A stretch of 64,000 nt of DNA from Candidatus Eiseniibacteriota bacterium (GCA_963823555.1 CAWGMA010000003.1:544001-608000); one strand, 5' to 3'. Positions 1-20,995 are shown, counted from the first letter of the stretch. Translations and numbers: made by a program. The notes: generated from the letters alone by a model not told the origin.

Positions 1-7568
<7,568 letters not shown>

Positions 7569-7703
7569 GCTTCGGATACCGCCGGAGGGGGCTGGGGCTC
7601 GGTCCCCGCCGGGCCGGGGGGGCGCCCTCCGCCGGGGCCGGGGGGAAGAGCCGACCGGGAGGTCGGGGCCGCCTGGAATCCCCGGAAAGAAGGGGAATTG
7701 GCC

Positions 7704-7733
7704 TTGACGCTCGTTGACCGGGTTCGATAGTAT
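7704..7733 (+). promoter_or_regulatory. Putative sigma70 promoter of the str operon
   Basis: TTGACG (7704) - 18 nt - TAGTAT (7728) upstream of rpsL. Confidence 0.5.
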
Positions 7734-7851
7734 CCTCAGTCTGCGCCCAGCTGTCGGGCGTAGCTCGGCGTCGAATCGCCGGGGTATCGCCAAGAAAAGA
7801 CGTCAGTTAGCCGGGGCGAGGGATCCTCGCCTCGAGGGAGAGCAAGATCAC

Positions 7852-8229
7852 GTGCCGACCTTGAGTCAGCTCGTGCGCAAGGGTCGCCAGCGCCTGGTGA
7901 ACAAGACCAAGTCGCCGGCGCTCAAAGGTGCGCCACAGAAGCGTGGGGTCTGTACCCGCGTCTACACCACGACGCCGAAGAAGCCCAACTCGGCGCTGCG
8001 CAAGGTCGCGCGTGTGCGATTGACCAACGGGATCGAGGTCACCTGCTACATCCCCGGCGAGGGGCACAATCTGCAGGAGCACTCGATCGTGCTCATCCGC
8101 GGTGGCCGCGTGAAGGACCTGCCGGGGGTGCGCTATCACGTGGTCCGCGGCACCCTCGACGCCTCCGGCGTCGATGGGCGCAATCAGGGTCGTTCCAAGT
8201 ACGGGACAAAGCGCAAGAAAGAGGCTTGA
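7852..8229 (+). CDS. rpsL: 30S ribosomal protein S12
   Basis: GTG start, (M)PTLSQLVRK...[11 protein letters not shown]...[10 protein letters not shown]. Confidence 0.98.
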   Translation: MPTLSQLVRKGRQRLVNKTKSPALKGAPQKRGVCTRVYTTTPKKPNSALRKVARVRLTNGIEVTCYIPGEGHNLQEHSIVLIRGGRVKDLPGVRYHVVRGTLDASGVDGRNQGRSKYGTKRKKEA

Positions 8230-8236
8230 TCCAGTC

Positions 8237-8707
8237 ATGCCGAGACGGAGAGTCATCGCTCGTCGCGAGCCACCGCCGGACCCGGTCTACTCGAGCCCGC
8301 TCGTCGCGCGCGTCATCAATAACCTGATGAAGCGAGGCAAGAAGAGCACGGCCGAGCAGATCATGTACGGCAGCCTCAGGATCGTCGAGGACAAGCTCAA
8401 GCAAGACGGTCTTTCCGCGCTCAAGACTGCGCTGAACAACGTCAAGCCCGCGCTTGAGGTGAAGTCGCGGCGTGTGGGTGGGGCGACCTACCAGGTGCCG
8501 GTCGAGATCCGCCCGGACCGGCGAAATGCGCTCGGGATTCGCTGGCTCCTCTCCTATGCTCGCGCTCGGTCGGAGCAGACGATGCAGGAGAAGCTGGCCA
8601 TGGAAATCATCGCGGCCTCCAAGGGGGAGGGGGCTGCGGTGAAGAAGCGGGAAGACACCCATAAGATGGCCGAGGCCAACAAGGCCTTTGCTCACTACCG
8701 GTGGTAA
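8237..8707 (+). CDS. rpsG: 30S ribosomal protein S7
   Basis: MPRRR...[12 protein letters not shown]...[13 protein letters not shown]. Confidence 0.98.
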   Translation: MPRRRVIARREPPPDPVYSSPLVARVINNLMKRGKKSTAEQIMYGSLRIVEDKLKQDGLSALKTALNNVKPALEVKSRRVGGATYQVPVEIRPDRRNALGIRWLLSYARARSEQTMQEKLAMEIIAASKGEGAAVKKREDTHKMAEANKAFAHYRW

Positions 8708-9104
8708 TCCTGCCAAGTCGCTGATAAAGCCCTGCCGCTGTCGCGGAGCCCTGGCGGCTCCAATCCGACGGCGCACTCCGACCGGGCTCCTATAGCGGCT
8801 GCTAGACAACTTACAACCGATTTGTCGTCCCGTGCCGGGCTCAAGCGCTTCCGAGCGCCCATCCCTGAGGCGGGGCGAGCGCGTGAGGGATCCGATCGTG
8901 CGGGCTGGTCCCGCCGAGCGAGCCTCGTCGCGTAACCCAGGTGCCGACGGCGCTGCCTCAGCGGTTCCGGCGTGTCCGAGCCTCGGCTTCGGTGCGCGCT
9001 GCCGCGATGGCTGGCGCGTGGCCGGCGCCATCAATCTTGGATATGCGGTCATCCAGACCGGGCGGCGGACCGATTCGGCCCGCCAGGAGATCGAGGACGT
9101 TCCC

Positions 9105-11174
9105 TTGTCGCGCCAGTTTGCCATCGAGAAGACCCGCAATATCGGCATCATGGCTCACATCGATGCCGGCAAGACCACGCTCACCGAGCGGATCTTGTTC
9201 TATACGGGTCGCATCCACCGGGCCGGCGAAGTACACGATGGCACCGCCACCATGGACTGGATGGAGCAGGAGCGCGAGCGTGGCATCACGATCACCTCGG
9301 CGGCGACCACCACGGTCTGGGACAAGCACTCGGTCAACATCATCGATACGCCCGGACACGTCGACTTCACGGTCGAGGTCGAGCGCTCACTGCGCGTGCT
9401 GGATGGCGCCATCGCCGTCTTCTGCGGTGTGGGGGGCGTGGAGCCGCAGTCGGAGACCGTGTGGCGGCAGGCTGACAAGTACGGGATCCCGCGCATCGCT
9501 TTCGTCAACAAGCTCGATCGCGTCGGCTCGGATTTCGATTTCGTGGTGCGCATGATCCGGGAGCGTCTGGGCGCGCGGCCGGTGCCGGTGCAGATGCCGA
9601 TCAAGATGGGCGACATGTTCCAGGGGCTCATCGATCTGGTCGAGATGAATTACACGGTCTACTTCGAGGAAGGCACCGAGACCCGCATCGTGAAAGAGCC
9701 GATTCCCAAGGATCTGATCGCGCAGGCCAATGATGCGCAGCACGCTCTCCTCGATGAGGTGGCCGAATTCTCCGACGAACTGACGGCGGCCTACCTCGAG
9801 GGCGGCGCGATCCCTCCGGCGCTCATCAGGGAAGCGCTCCGCCGGGGGACTCTGGCCACGAAGATCGTGCCTGTGTTCGGCGGCTCCGCGTTCAAGCACA
9901 AGGGAGTGCGCAAGCTCCTCGACGGTGTGGTTGATTACTTGCCATCGCCGATCGATGTCCCTCCCGTCGTCGGACACGCGCCCTCTTCGGAAGAGGAAGT
10001 GATGCGCCGTCCGAGCGATGACGAGCCCTTCTCAGGCCTCGCCTTCAAGGTCATGACCGACAATTTCGTCGGGCGCCTGGTCTTCCTCCGGGTCTATTCC
10101 GGTCGACTGGCCTCGGGCTCCTCGGTGTGGAACTCGGCGACCCAGAAGGTGGAGCGGGTCGGCCGCCTGGTGCGCATGCACGCCAACAAGCGCGAGGATG
10201 TCGAAGAGGTCTGCGCCGGCCAGATCGTCGCCGCGGTGGGCCTGCGCCGCGTGTCGACCGGGGACACGCTGGCCGACCCCCAGCATCCGGTCGTGCTCGA
10301 GTCCATGAATTTCCCGGAGCCGGTGATCGCGGTGGCCATCGAGCCCAAGACCAAGGTCGACGAGGAGAAGCTGGCCAACGCCCTGCAGAAGCTGGCCGAG
10401 GAGGATCCGACCTTCCGCATCAAGGTGGATGAGGATTCCGGCCAGACCATCATCTCGGGGATGGGCGAGCTTCATCTGGACATCATCACCGATCGCATGC
10501 GCCGCGAGTTCCGCGTTGAAGCTGCGGTCGGGAAGCCCCAGGTCGCGTACCGCGAGACGATCACCCGAGCGCTCGAGCATCGCGAGCGGTATGTGAAGCA
10601 GTCCGGCGGCCACGGGCAATTCGGCGATGTCTCGATTCGCATCGAGCCCAACCCCGGGCACGGGTACGTCTTCATCGACAAGATCGTGGGGGGCGCGATT
10701 CCCCGCGAGTACATCCCGGCAGTGCAAAAGGGCGTGCACGACGCTCTGGAGAGCGGCGTGCTCGCTGGCTTTCCGGTTGTCGACGTCAAGGTCACCTTGA
10801 TTGACGGCAGCTATCACGAAGTAGACTCGTCGGAAATGGCCTTCCGCGTCACCGGCCAGCGCGCGGTGCGCGAGGCGCTCGGCAAGGCCGGCCCCCAGCT
10901 CCTGGAGCCGATCATGGAGGTGGAGGTGGTCGTTCCCGAGGAGTACATGGGTGAAGTCATCAGCGATTTGAGCTCGCGGCGCGGGCGTATCACCGGGATG
11001 TTCCGCCGGAACGATGCGCAGGTGGTGGTGGCTCATGTGCCACTCGCCGCGATGTTCGGTTATGCGACGGACCTCCGTTCCGCCAGTCAGGGACGGGCGG
11101 TCTACACCATGCAGTTTGCCCGCTACGAGGCGGTACCAGAGGGAGTGGCCCAGACACTGGTCTCGGCCCGCTAG
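9105..11174 (+). CDS. fusA: Elongation factor G
   Basis: TTG start after [41 protein letters not shown]. Confidence 0.97.
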   Translation: MSRQFAIEKTRNIGIMAHIDAGKTTLTERILFYTGRIHRAGEVHDGTATMDWMEQERERGITITSAATTTVWDKHSVNIIDTPGHVDFTVEVERSLRVLDGAIAVFCGVGGVEPQSETVWRQADKYGIPRIAFVNKLDRVGSDFDFVVRMIRERLGARPVPVQMPIKMGDMFQGLIDLVEMNYTVYFEEGTETRIVKEPIPKDLIAQANDAQHALLDEVAEFSDELTAAYLEGGAIPPALIREALRRGTLATKIVPVFGGSAFKHKGVRKLLDGVVDYLPSPIDVPPVVGHAPSSEEEVMRRPSDDEPFSGLAFKVMTDNFVGRLVFLRVYSGRLASGSSVWNSATQKVERVGRLVRMHANKREDVEEVCAGQIVAAVGLRRVSTGDTLADPQHPVVLESMNFPEPVIAVAIEPKTKVDEEKLANALQKLAEEDPTFRIKVDEDSGQTIISGMGELHLDIITDRMRREFRVEAAVGKPQVAYRETITRALEHRERYVKQSGGHGQFGDVSIRIEPNPGHGYVFIDKIVGGAIPREYIPAVQKGVHDALESGVLAGFPVVDVKVTLIDGSYHEVDSSEMAFRVTGQRAVREALGKAGPQLLEPIMEVEVVVPEEYMGEVISDLSSRRGRITGMFRRNDAQVVVAHVPLAAMFGYATDLRSASQGRAVYTMQFARYEAVPEGVAQTLVSAR

Positions 11175-11230
11175 CCCGTAATTGGGCGCCGCCGCGGGCG
11201 GCGGCCCGCGGTTCCTGAGGAGGCATCGGA

Positions 11231-12424
<1,194 letters not shown>

Positions 12425-12436
12425 CGGCGGAGGGGG

Positions 12437-12760
<324 letters not shown>

Positions 12761-12792
12761 GCGAGGTTGGGGCGGACCAGGAGGAGAGGGCG

Positions 12793-13506
12793 ATGCCGGG
12801 CCTGATTGTCAGGAAGGTGGGCATGACCCAGGTGTTCGAGCCGGACGGCAAGGTGGTCCCGGTGACCATCCTGCACGCCGAGTCGAACGTCGTCGTTCGC
12901 ACGCGTACGAAGGAGACGGACGGCTATACGGCCGTTCAGCTCGGCGCCGGGACACGGAAGCCCAAGCACACGACGAAGCCGCTTGCCGGCTACTTCAAGG
13001 CGCAGGGTGTGGAGCCCAGGCGGAAGCTGCGCGAGTTCCGGGTCGCCGACCCGGCATCCGTGACGGTCGGTCAGGATATCACCGTCGAGCAGTTCCAGCC
13101 CGGAACGCTGGTCGATGTCACCGGCAGCTCCAAGGGCAAGGGGTTCCAGGGCGTCATGAAGCGCCACAACTTCGTCGGCGGGTACGACAGCCACGGCTCG
13201 AAGACCGGGCGGATGCCCGGATCGGTCGGCATGAGCGAGGACCCGAGCGAGGTGTGGAAGGGCACCAAGCTGCCTGGACGCATGGGCGGCGTGCGGACGA
13301 CGGTGCGCAATTTGAAAGTGGTCGGCATCGACCCCGAAGCCAGTCTCATCTGGCTCGAGGGCGCGGTGCCGGGGGCGATGAACGGCACGGTGATGATGCG
13401 CCCGGCGATCGCGGCCAACGAGCGGCGGCGGCGGCGGGCGGCCGGTATCAAGGTCGAGCAGCCTACCAAGAAGAAGGGCGGCGTGATCGCGCCCAAGAAG
13501 AAGTAG
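12793..13506 (+). CDS. rplC: 50S ribosomal protein L3
   Basis: KVGMTQVF, DGYTAVQLG, SKGKGFQGVMKRH. Confidence 0.97.
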   Translation: MPGLIVRKVGMTQVFEPDGKVVPVTILHAESNVVVRTRTKETDGYTAVQLGAGTRKPKHTTKPLAGYFKAQGVEPRRKLREFRVADPASVTVGQDITVEQFQPGTLVDVTGSSKGKGFQGVMKRHNFVGGYDSHGSKTGRMPGSVGMSEDPSEVWKGTKLPGRMGGVRTTVRNLKVVGIDPEASLIWLEGAVPGAMNGTVMMRPAIAANERRRRRAAGIKVEQPTKKKGGVIAPKKK

Positions 13507-13512
13507 GAAGCC

Positions 13513-14139
13513 ATGGACGCCAAGCACTTCAATGCACAGGGTGAGGAGCAGGGGACGATCGAGCTCCCGGTCTCCGTGTTCGGTCAGCCGGTCCATGAGC
13601 ACGCCATCTGGGAGGCGGTGCGGATGTACCTGGCCAATCAGCGCCAGGGCACGTCATCGGTCAAGAACCGCTCGGCCGTCTCCGGCGGCGGCCGGAAGCC
13701 GTGGCGCCAGAAGGGAACCGGCCGCGCCCGCTCGGGATCGACCCGTTCGCCGCTGTGGAAGCATGGGGCGCGGGCGTTCGGTCCGCGGCCTCGCGACTAC
13801 AGCTACCGGATTCCACGCAAGATCCGCGCGCTCGCGCTACGCTCCGCCCTTTCGGCGCGTGCCGCCGATCTCGCTGTGGCGGTCGTCGACCCGCTCGATT
13901 TCGACAAGCCGCAGACGCGGGGGATCGCCGGGCTCTTGAAGAAGATCGGCGTCGAGGGCAAGAGCTGTCTGCTGGTCCTCGGCGATCACAAGAAGAACAC
14001 CTACATGTCGGCGCGGAACATTCCCCGGGTGAACACCATCGAGGTCCGGGAGCTCAATCCCTACGTCGTCATGCAGAGCGAGACGATCCTGTTCGAGACC
14101 AGCGGGCTCGCCAAGATCGAGGAGGTCGTTGGCGCATGA
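13513..14139 (+). CDS. rplD: 50S ribosomal protein L4
   Basis: GGGRKPWRQKGTGRAR. Confidence 0.97.
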   Translation: MDAKHFNAQGEEQGTIELPVSVFGQPVHEHAIWEAVRMYLANQRQGTSSVKNRSAVSGGGRKPWRQKGTGRARSGSTRSPLWKHGARAFGPRPRDYSYRIPRKIRALALRSALSARAADLAVAVVDPLDFDKPQTRGIAGLLKKIGVEGKSCLLVLGDHKKNTYMSARNIPRVNTIEVRELNPYVVMQSETILFETSGLAKIEEVVGA

Positions 14140-14426
14140 AAGACCCCCGACAGATCGTGCAGCGACCCCTGATCACGGAGAAGGGCGCTCAGCTTCGGGA
14201 GAAGCAGAACGTCTACTTCTTCGCGGTCGCTCCGCACGCCAACAAGATCGAGATCCGCCAGGCAATCGAGGAGATCTTCAGCGTCAAGGTGACCGGCGTA
14301 CGCACGATCAAGTACAAAGGTAAGCCGAAGCGCCTCGGGCGCTATTCCGGATTCCGCTCGGCCTGGAAGAAGGCGATTGTCACGCTCCAGCCGGGTCAAA
14401 CGATCGAGCTCTTCGAGCAGGTGTAG
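14136..14426 (+). CDS. rplW: 50S ribosomal protein L23
   Basis: RPLITEK...ANKIEIRQAIE...WKKAIVTL; ATGA overlap with rplD. Confidence 0.96.
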   Translation: MKDPRQIVQRPLITEKGAQLREKQNVYFFAVAPHANKIEIRQAIEEIFSVKVTGVRTIKYKGKPKRLGRYSGFRSAWKKAIVTLQPGQTIELFEQV

Positions 14427-14432
14427 GACGCC

Positions 14433-15272
14433 ATGGCCATCAAGAAATTCAACCCGATCACCCCGACGCTGCGCTTCCGCACGGTTTCCGCGTTCGAGGA
14501 GATCACGAAGACCGGGCCCGAGCGCTCGCTGGTCGAGGGTCTGCGCCGCACCGGCGGCCGCAATAACAAGGGCAACGTGTCGGCGCGCCATATCGGCGGC
14601 GGGCACAAGCGGCTCTATCGGATCATCGACTTCAAGCGCAACAAGAAGGAAGTGCCGGCGCGCGTCAAGACCATCGAGTATGACCCCAATCGCTCGGCAC
14701 GCATCGCCCTTCTCGCCTATGCCGATGGCGAGAAGCGCTACATCCTGGCGCCGCACGGCCTCGCCGTCGGGGACATGGTGGTGGCGAGCGATGCCGAGAA
14801 CGTGGATATCCGGCCGGGGAACGCCATGCCGCTGCGCCGCGTGCCGCTCGGCGCCAGCGTGCACAACGTGGAGCTGGCACCGGGCAAGGGCGGCCAGGTC
14901 GCGCGCTCGGCGGGTACCTATTGCCAGCTGGTCGCCAAGGAAGGGAAGAACGCGCTTCTCCGCCTGCGTTCGGGCGAGGTGCGGAAGTTCAACCTCGAGT
15001 GCATGTGCACCATCGGCCAGGTAGGCAATCTGGATCACGAAAACATCGTGTGGGGCAAGGCCGGCCGCAGTCGCTGGCTCGGTAAGCGGCCGCACGTGCG
15101 CGGCGTGGCCATGAACCCGGTCGACCACCCGATGGGAGGCGGCGAGGGCAAGAGTTCTGGCGGTCGCCATCCGTGCAGCCCCAAGGGAATTCCGAGCAAG
15201 GGCTTCAAGACACGCAAGAAGAAGCCATCGGACAAGATGATTGTCACTCGCCGCGGCAAGAAGCGCGGTTAG
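14433..15272 (+). CDS. rplB: 50S ribosomal protein L2
   Basis: [30 protein letters not shown]. Confidence 0.98.
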   Translation: MAIKKFNPITPTLRFRTVSAFEEITKTGPERSLVEGLRRTGGRNNKGNVSARHIGGGHKRLYRIIDFKRNKKEVPARVKTIEYDPNRSARIALLAYADGEKRYILAPHGLAVGDMVVASDAENVDIRPGNAMPLRRVPLGASVHNVELAPGKGGQVARSAGTYCQLVAKEGKNALLRLRSGEVRKFNLECMCTIGQVGNLDHENIVWGKAGRSRWLGKRPHVRGVAMNPVDHPMGGGEGKSSGGRHPCSPKGIPSKGFKTRKKKPSDKMIVTRRGKKRG

Positions 15273-15283
15273 GGAACGGAATC

Positions 15284-15568
15284 ATGGCACGTTCGGTCAA
15301 AAAGGGTCCGTACATCGACCAGACGCTCTTCGCCCGCGTTCAGCTGATGAACCGGAAGAACGAGAAGAAGGTGCTGAAGACGTGGGCGCGCCGCTCGACG
15401 ATTCCACCCGAGTTCGTCGGGCACACGCTCGCCGTGCACAACGGCAACAAGTTCATCCCGATCTACGTGACCGAGAACATGGTCGGGCACAAGCTAGGCG
15501 AGTTCTCGCCGACCCGCCTCTTCCGCGGGCACACGAGCAAGACCGAGAAGAAGTCGGCCCGCAGCTAG
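15284..15568 (+). CDS. rpsS: 30S ribosomal protein S19
   Basis: [10 protein letters not shown]...[13 protein letters not shown]. Confidence 0.97.
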   Translation: MARSVKKGPYIDQTLFARVQLMNRKNEKKVLKTWARRSTIPPEFVGHTLAVHNGNKFIPIYVTENMVGHKLGEFSPTRLFRGHTSKTEKKSARS

Positions 15569-15597
15569 CGGCCGCTGGACCTGAGAGAGTATCGGAT

Positions 15598-15987
15598 ATG
15601 GAGGCCAGAGCGATCACCCGCTACGTGCGCTGTTCGCCCCGCAAGGCGAATCTGGTGCTCGAGATGATTCGCGGGTGCAACGTCGAGCATGCCGCTGATC
15701 TCCTCAGCTTCACTCCCAAGCGCGTGGCGAAGACGATCAACAAGACCCTGCAGTCGGCGGTGTCGAACGCGATGAAGGACGAGAACAAGATCGACTTGGG
15801 CGACCTCGTCGTGAAGACCGCCATCGTCGGCGACGGTCCCACGATGAAGCGGTTCCGGCCGCGCGCCCAGGGTCGTGTCTATCCGATTCTCAAGCGCATG
15901 AGTCACATCACCATCGTGGTGGCGACCAAGGACGAGATGCCCCGCGCCAAGCGGCGCCCGGGGCGTGCGGCCGCAACCAAGGGTTAG
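15598..15987 (+). CDS. rplV: 50S ribosomal protein L22
   Basis: SPRKANLV...[10 protein letters not shown]...SHITIVV. Confidence 0.97.
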   Translation: MEARAITRYVRCSPRKANLVLEMIRGCNVEHAADLLSFTPKRVAKTINKTLQSAVSNAMKDENKIDLGDLVVKTAIVGDGPTMKRFRPRAQGRVYPILKRMSHITIVVATKDEMPRAKRRPGRAAATKG

Positions 15988-16007
15988 GCGGTTCAAGGAG
16001 CGAGTCT

Positions 16008-16721
16008 TTGGGACAGAAGACCAATCCAATCGGATTCCGGCTGGGAATCGTCAAGACCTGGGATTCGAAGTGGTTCGCCAAGCGCGACTACGCGAATCTC
16101 CTCGCGGAGGATCTCTTCATCCGGAAGTACCTGAAGACGCGGCTGAGTCAGGCCGGTGTCTCCAAGATCTTGATCGAGCGAGCGGCCGACAAGGTGACGG
16201 TGACGATCCGCACGGCGCGGCCGGGAATCGTCATCGGTCGTCGCGGCCAGCAGGTCGATCAGCTGCGCGATGAGCTGCAGCACATCACCTCGAAGCAGAT
16301 CCTCCTCAATGTCGAGGAGGTCCGGCGGCCGGACGCGGATGCACAGCTTGTCGCGGAGCATATCGCGCGGCAGCTGGAGCAGCGCGTGGGCTTCCGCCGC
16401 GCGATGAAGAAGTCGCTTACCGCGGCCCGGCGCTCGGGTGCCCTCGGGATCCGTGTCGCTTGCTCGGGACGGCTTGGCGGCTCCGAAATGGCGCGCTCCG
16501 AGCAGTATCGTGACGGGCGGGTGCCCCTGCACACGCTCCGTGCCGACATCGATTTCGCCAAGGCGACGGCCCACACCACCTACGGGTGCATCGGGGTCAA
16601 GACCTGGATCTTTCATGGCGAGAAGCTGGGTGACGAGCCGGAAACGCCTGCTTCCGGAGAGCCCAAGGCGCGCCTACGGCCGCGGCAGTCGGCGATGGCG
16701 CCTTCCAAGAGCGGGGAATAG
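16008..16721 (+). CDS. rpsC: 30S ribosomal protein S3
   Basis: TTG start; [25 protein letters not shown]. Confidence 0.97.
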   Translation: MGQKTNPIGFRLGIVKTWDSKWFAKRDYANLLAEDLFIRKYLKTRLSQAGVSKILIERAADKVTVTIRTARPGIVIGRRGQQVDQLRDELQHITSKQILLNVEEVRRPDADAQLVAEHIARQLEQRVGFRRAMKKSLTAARRSGALGIRVACSGRLGGSEMARSEQYRDGRVPLHTLRADIDFAKATAHTTYGCIGVKTWIFHGEKLGDEPETPASGEPKARLRPRQSAMAPSKSGE

Positions 16722-16724
16722 GCA

Positions 16725-17147
16725 ATGCTCGCTCCGAAGCGTATCAAGCACAGGAAGCAGCACCGTGGCCGGCGCACCGGGATGGCCTATCGCGGCGCCA
16801 CGGTGGCCTTCGGCAAGTATGGTCTGCAGGCCCTCGACTCGTGCTGGGTGACCAACCGGCAGATCGAGGCGGCGCGTGTGGCGATCACCCGCGAGGTGAA
16901 GCGCGGCGGCAAGATCTGGATCCGCATCTTCCCTGACAAGCCGGTGACGCAGAAGCCGGCCGAGACCCGCATGGGCAAGGGTAAGGGGTCGCCGGAGTTC
17001 TGGGTCGCCGTGATCAAGCCGGGCCGGGTGATGTTCGAGATCGAGGGGATCGAGGAGCCTCTGGCGCGCCGCGCGTTGCAGCTTGGAGCATCCAAGCTGC
17101 CGCTGCGCACCCGCTTCGTGACCCGAGAGGAGCTGACCGGGGAGTAG
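16725..17147 (+). CDS. rplP: 50S ribosomal protein L16
   Basis: [16 protein letters not shown]. Confidence 0.98.
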   Translation: MLAPKRIKHRKQHRGRRTGMAYRGATVAFGKYGLQALDSCWVTNRQIEAARVAITREVKRGGKIWIRIFPDKPVTQKPAETRMGKGKGSPEFWVAVIKPGRVMFEIEGIEEPLARRALQLGASKLPLRTRFVTREELTGE

Positions 17148-17168
17148 CCCCGGCAGAGGAAGACGAAG

Positions 17169-17669
17169 ATGCGCGAACTGAGTCCACACAAGGTGCGGGA
17201 GTTGAGTGCCGAAGAGGTGCGAATCAAGGTGCGGGACCTCCGCGAGGAGATCTTCAACCTCAGGTTCCGCAACTCGATGCGTCAGCTCGACAATCCGCTC
17301 AAGATCCGCGAAGTGCGCCGCGATCTTGCCCGTCTGCTCACGATCCTCAAGGAGCACGAGCAGGGGGTGAGGTCGCTGGGCATGGCGCCCGTGGCCCCTG
17401 CCGCGGCCGAGGTGAGCGCGGCGGCGCCGGAGGCTGCAGCGAAGAAGCCGGCAGCGAAGAAGGCGGCGGCCAAGAAGACGGTGGCCAAGAAGGCGACAGC
17501 CAAGAAGACGACAGCCAAGAAGGCGGCGGCCAAGAAGGCCCCCAAGGCTGCCAAGGCCAGCGCGTCGACCGGGAAGAGCACGGCCAGGGCGGCGAAGGCG
17601 GGTGCCAAGAGCACGGCCAAGTCGGCGAAGGCGAAGGCCACCAAGGCCAAGACGTCGAAGAGCAAGTAA
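17169..17669 (+). CDS. rpmC: 50S ribosomal protein L29 with long Ala/Lys-rich C-terminal extension
   Basis: L29 core (EEIFNLRF...[15 protein letters not shown]) between rplP and rpsQ, then AAKK/AKK repeats. Confidence 0.93.
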   Translation: MRELSPHKVRELSAEEVRIKVRDLREEIFNLRFRNSMRQLDNPLKIREVRRDLARLLTILKEHEQGVRSLGMAPVAPAAAEVSAAAPEAAAKKPAAKKAAAKKTVAKKATAKKTTAKKAAAKKAPKAAKASASTGKSTARAAKAGAKSTAKSAKAKATKAKTSKSK

Positions 17670-17708
17670 TCGGGCCAAGGGACGAAGGGCCAGAAAAGCG
17701 GAAGGACG

Positions 17709-17990
17709 ATGGAAGAGACCACGCAGGCGACCACCGTAGAACGGGGAATTCGCAAGGTCCGGGTCGGGACGGTCGTCTCGGACAAGATGCAGAAGACGGT
17801 CGTCATCCAGATCGAGCGTCTGGTCAAGCATCCGATCTATCGGCGTTACGTGCGCCGGCGGAAGCGCTTCAAGGTGCACGACGAGGAAAATCAGTGCCAT
17901 ATCGGTGATGTCGTCTCCTTCATGGAAACGCGACCGATGAGCAAGGACAAGCGCTGGCGTGTGGTCGAGATTCTCCAGCGCGCCAAGTAG
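17709..17990 (+). CDS. rpsQ: 30S ribosomal protein S17
   Basis: GTVVSDKMQKTVV, ETRPMSKDKRW. Confidence 0.97.
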   Translation: MEETTQATTVERGIRKVRVGTVVSDKMQKTVVIQIERLVKHPIYRRYVRRRKRFKVHDEENQCHIGDVVSFMETRPMSKDKRWRVVEILQRAK

Positions 17991-18017
17991 AGGGCAGTGG
18001 AGCGGGAGTAGGGAGCG

Positions 18018-18386
18018 ATGATTCAGCTGCGGACCATGTTGACCATCTCGGACAACTCCGGGGCGCGAGTGGCCCAGTGCATCAAGGTGCTGGGTGGCAC
18101 GGGTCGACGCTATGCAGGGCTCGGAGACACGGTGGTGGTCGCCGTGAAGGATGCCCTTCCTGGCGCTCAAGTGAAGAAGGGCGACGTGGCCAAGGCTGTC
18201 ATCATCCGCACCCGCAAGGAGCAGCGGCGGAAGGATGGCTCCTACATTCGCTTCGACCACAACGCCGCCGTTCTCATCAACGACCAGAAGGAGCCGCGCG
18301 GGACCCGCATCTTCGGACCGGTTGCCCGCGAGCTGCGCGAGAAGGAGTACATGAAAATCATCTCGCTGGCTCCGGAGGTGATCTGA
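18018..18386 (+). CDS. rplN: 50S ribosomal protein L14
   Basis: [26 protein letters not shown]. Confidence 0.98.
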   Translation: MIQLRTMLTISDNSGARVAQCIKVLGGTGRRYAGLGDTVVVAVKDALPGAQVKKGDVAKAVIIRTRKEQRRKDGSYIRFDHNAAVLINDQKEPRGTRIFGPVARELREKEYMKIISLAPEVI

Positions 18387-18739
18387 TGGCGCACAAGAAG
18401 AGCCCGGCGGTCAAGACGATCATGCACATCGCCAAGAACGACACCGTCGAGGTGATCGGTGGCGATGACAAGGGGACGCGGGGGAAGGTCTTGAAGACGT
18501 TCCCGGAGCGCAACCGCATCATCGTCGAGAAGGTGAATTTCATCAAGCGGCACACCCGGCCGACGCAGAAGAACCCGAAGGGTGGGATCCTGGAGAAGGA
18601 GGCCCCGATCAACGTCTCGAACGTGATGATCGTCTGCCCCAAGTGCGGAGAGAAGACCCGCATGGGGAGCAAGCGCCTCGCCGACGGATCGAAGGAGCGG
18701 GTGTGCAAGAGCTGCCTGGAGATGATCCCGCGCGGCTAG
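18386..18739 (+). CDS. rplX: 50S ribosomal protein L24
   Basis: [22 protein letters not shown]. Confidence 0.96.
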   Translation: MAHKKSPAVKTIMHIAKNDTVEVIGGDDKGTRGKVLKTFPERNRIIVEKVNFIKRHTRPTQKNPKGGILEKEAPINVSNVMIVCPKCGEKTRMGSKRLADGSKERVCKSCLEMIPRG

Positions 18740-18756
18740 CGAAGCAGGAAAACGAG

Positions 18757-19299
18757 ATGAAGCCCAACCTCCAAGTTCATTACGAGAAGGAAGTCGTTCC
18801 AGCGATGATGGAGCGCTTCCACTACAAGAGCGTCATGCAGGCGCCCCGTATGACCAAGATCGTGGTCAATATGGGCGTCGGGGACGCGATTCAGGATTCC
18901 AAGAACATGGACGCTGCGGTCGAGGATCTGAAAGCGATCACCGGCCAGCGCCCGATGATTCGCCGCGCCAAGAAGTCGATCTCGAACTTCAAGCTGCGCG
19001 AGAACATGCCGATCGGGGCTGCGGTCACCTTGCGTGGCCCGCGGATGTACGAGTTCTACGATCGCCTGGTCAATATCGCCGTGCCGCAGATCCGCGACTT
19101 CCGAGGCTTGCCCGATAAGTCGTTCGACGGGCGCGGCAATTACTCGATCGGGCTCACCGAGCAGATCATCTTCCCGGAGATCGACTATGACAAGGTGCAC
19201 AAGATCCGGGGAATGAACATCACCATTGTCACTACGGCCGAAAACGACGAGGAGGGGCGCGAGCTTCTCCGTTTGATGAAGATGCCGTTCCGTCGTTAG
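18757..19299 (+). CDS. rplE: 50S ribosomal protein L5
   Basis: [28 protein letters not shown]. Confidence 0.97.
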   Translation: MKPNLQVHYEKEVVPAMMERFHYKSVMQAPRMTKIVVNMGVGDAIQDSKNMDAAVEDLKAITGQRPMIRRAKKSISNFKLRENMPIGAAVTLRGPRMYEFYDRLVNIAVPQIRDFRGLPDKSFDGRGNYSIGLTEQIIFPEIDYDKVHKIRGMNITIVTTAENDEEGRELLRLMKMPFRR

Positions 19300-19320
19300 C
19301 GACGGGAAGAGGTTCAGAAC

Positions 19321-19506
19321 GTGGCCAAGAAGTCTTGGATCGAGAAGTGCAAGCGGACGCCGAAGTTCAGGGTGCGCACTTACACGCGCTGCCGCCGTTG
19401 CGGCCGATCGCGCGCGTTCATGCGCCAGTTCGGAATGTGCCGGATCTGTTTCCGCGATCTTGCCTTGAGCGGAGAGATCCCAGGCGTGGTGAAGGCGAGC
19501 TGGTAG
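19321..19506 (+). CDS. rpsN: 30S ribosomal protein S14 type Z (zinc-binding, 61 aa)
   Basis: RCRRCGR...MCRICFR...IPGVVKASW. Confidence 0.96.
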   Translation: MAKKSWIEKCKRTPKFRVRTYTRCRRCGRSRAFMRQFGMCRICFRDLALSGEIPGVVKASW

Positions 19507-19594
19507 CCCATTAGCCGGGTGGGTGGCCTGACGGCGCTCGAGCGCCGCCTGGCGGCTCTCCGGGCGGCGTCAGACGGTCAAGGAGGTTTGCGCA

Positions 19595-19993
19595 GTGTCC
19601 GTCTCCGATCCGATCGCCGATTTCCTGACGTGCATTCGCAATGCCCTGCACGCCAAGAAGCGGCATGTGGACATTCCGTCCTCGAACATGAAGCGCGCCA
19701 TCGCCGAGGTGCTCCACAAAGAGCGCTTCATCCGGGGCTTCAAGGTCATCGAGGATTCGAAGCAGAACGTGATCCGCGTCTACTTGAAGTACGCGGCGAA
19801 CGAGAAGCCGGTGATCAGCGGGATCAAGCGGGTATCAACCCCGGGACGCCGGATCTACGTCGGGAAGGACGAGTTGCCGCGCGTGCTCGGTGGACTGGGC
19901 ACCGCGGTGATCTCGACGACCCAGGGCATCGTGACCGACCGTGACGCCCGCAAGAATGGGCTCGGCGGCGAGGTCATCTGCCACATCTGGTAG
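19595..19993 (+). CDS. rpsH: 30S ribosomal protein S8
   Basis: [26 protein letters not shown]. Confidence 0.97.
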   Translation: MSVSDPIADFLTCIRNALHAKKRHVDIPSSNMKRAIAEVLHKERFIRGFKVIEDSKQNVIRVYLKYAANEKPVISGIKRVSTPGRRIYVGKDELPRVLGGLGTAVISTTQGIVTDRDARKNGLGGEVICHIW

Positions 19994-20011
19994 TGGTTCG
20001 GGAGCGATCTC

Positions 20012-20554
20012 ATGTCGAGGGTAGGAAAGAAAGTCATCCCGGTGCCCAGCGGAGTCGAGATCCGGGCCGACGGGAGCACGGTCAAGGTGAAGGGCCCGAA
20101 GGGCGAGAATGCCTTCACCCTGCCGCGGGGGTTCAAGCTGGCGACGGAGGGGGCGACTGCCACCATCGTCTGTGAGCGGTCGGATCCCCAGGCCAGTGCC
20201 CTGCATGGTCTGTCGCGTGCCCTCATCGCCAACATGGTGAAGGGCGTGAGCGAGGGGTTCACCCGCGTCCTCGAGATCGAGGGCATGGGCTACAAGGCCG
20301 AGTTCAAGGGACGCTCGCTCGAGCTTCAGGTCGGCTACTCGCATCCGGTGGTCTTCGAGCTGCCGGCCGGTATCGAAGGCCAGTGCGAGTCGCCAACGCG
20401 GATCGTGCTGAGGGGTATCGACAAGGGCCAGCTGGGACAAGTGGCCGCCAACGTGCGCGCCTTCAGGCCACCCGAACCCTACAAGGGGAAGGGCATCCGT
20501 TACGAGGGTGAGCATATCCGGCGTAAGGCCGGGAAGTCGGCAGCCAGCGCCTAG
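20012..20554 (+). CDS. rplF: 50S ribosomal protein L6
   Basis: MSRVGK, VKGPKG, PPEPYKGKGIRY. Confidence 0.97.
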   Translation: MSRVGKKVIPVPSGVEIRADGSTVKVKGPKGENAFTLPRGFKLATEGATATIVCERSDPQASALHGLSRALIANMVKGVSEGFTRVLEIEGMGYKAEFKGRSLELQVGYSHPVVFELPAGIEGQCESPTRIVLRGIDKGQLGQVAANVRAFRPPEPYKGKGIRYEGEHIRRKAGKSAASA

Positions 20555-20620
20555 TTCGCTGGTGCTCCGGCGTCCGCCCGCCGCGCGATGGGCGCGGGGG
20601 TGGGGGTAGAGGAACAGAAG

Positions 20621-20995
20621 ATGCGTTCAGTAGCTCAAGAGCGACGGCAAGGCAGGCTCAACCGGCATCGGCGGATTCGTCGCCAGCTTCGCGGCACCGC
20701 TGAGCAGCCGCGGCTGGCTATTTTCCGCAGCTCGAAGCACCTCTATGCGCAGATCATCGATGATGATCGCGCCAACACTCTCGTTGCCATCTCGACCATC
20801 GAGAAGGCGATCGGTGAGCAGCTCGCAGCATCGGGCAGCGGTCTCAAGCGAAGCCGTGAGCTCGGCAAGCTCCTGGCCCATCGCGCCAAGGAGCGCGGGA
20901 TCACCCAGGTGGCTTTCGATCGCGGTGGCTATCTCTATCACGGGCACGTGAAGGAGCTGGCCGAGGGCGCTCGAGAGGGCGGGCTCAAGTTCTAA
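20621..20995 (+). CDS. rplR: 50S ribosomal protein L18
   Basis: PRLAIFRS, FDRGGYLYHG, AREGGLKF. Confidence 0.96.
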   Translation: MRSVAQERRQGRLNRHRRIRRQLRGTAEQPRLAIFRSSKHLYAQIIDDDRANTLVAISTIEKAIGEQLAASGSGLKRSRELGKLLAHRAKERGITQVAFDRGGYLYHGHVKELAEGAREGGLKF

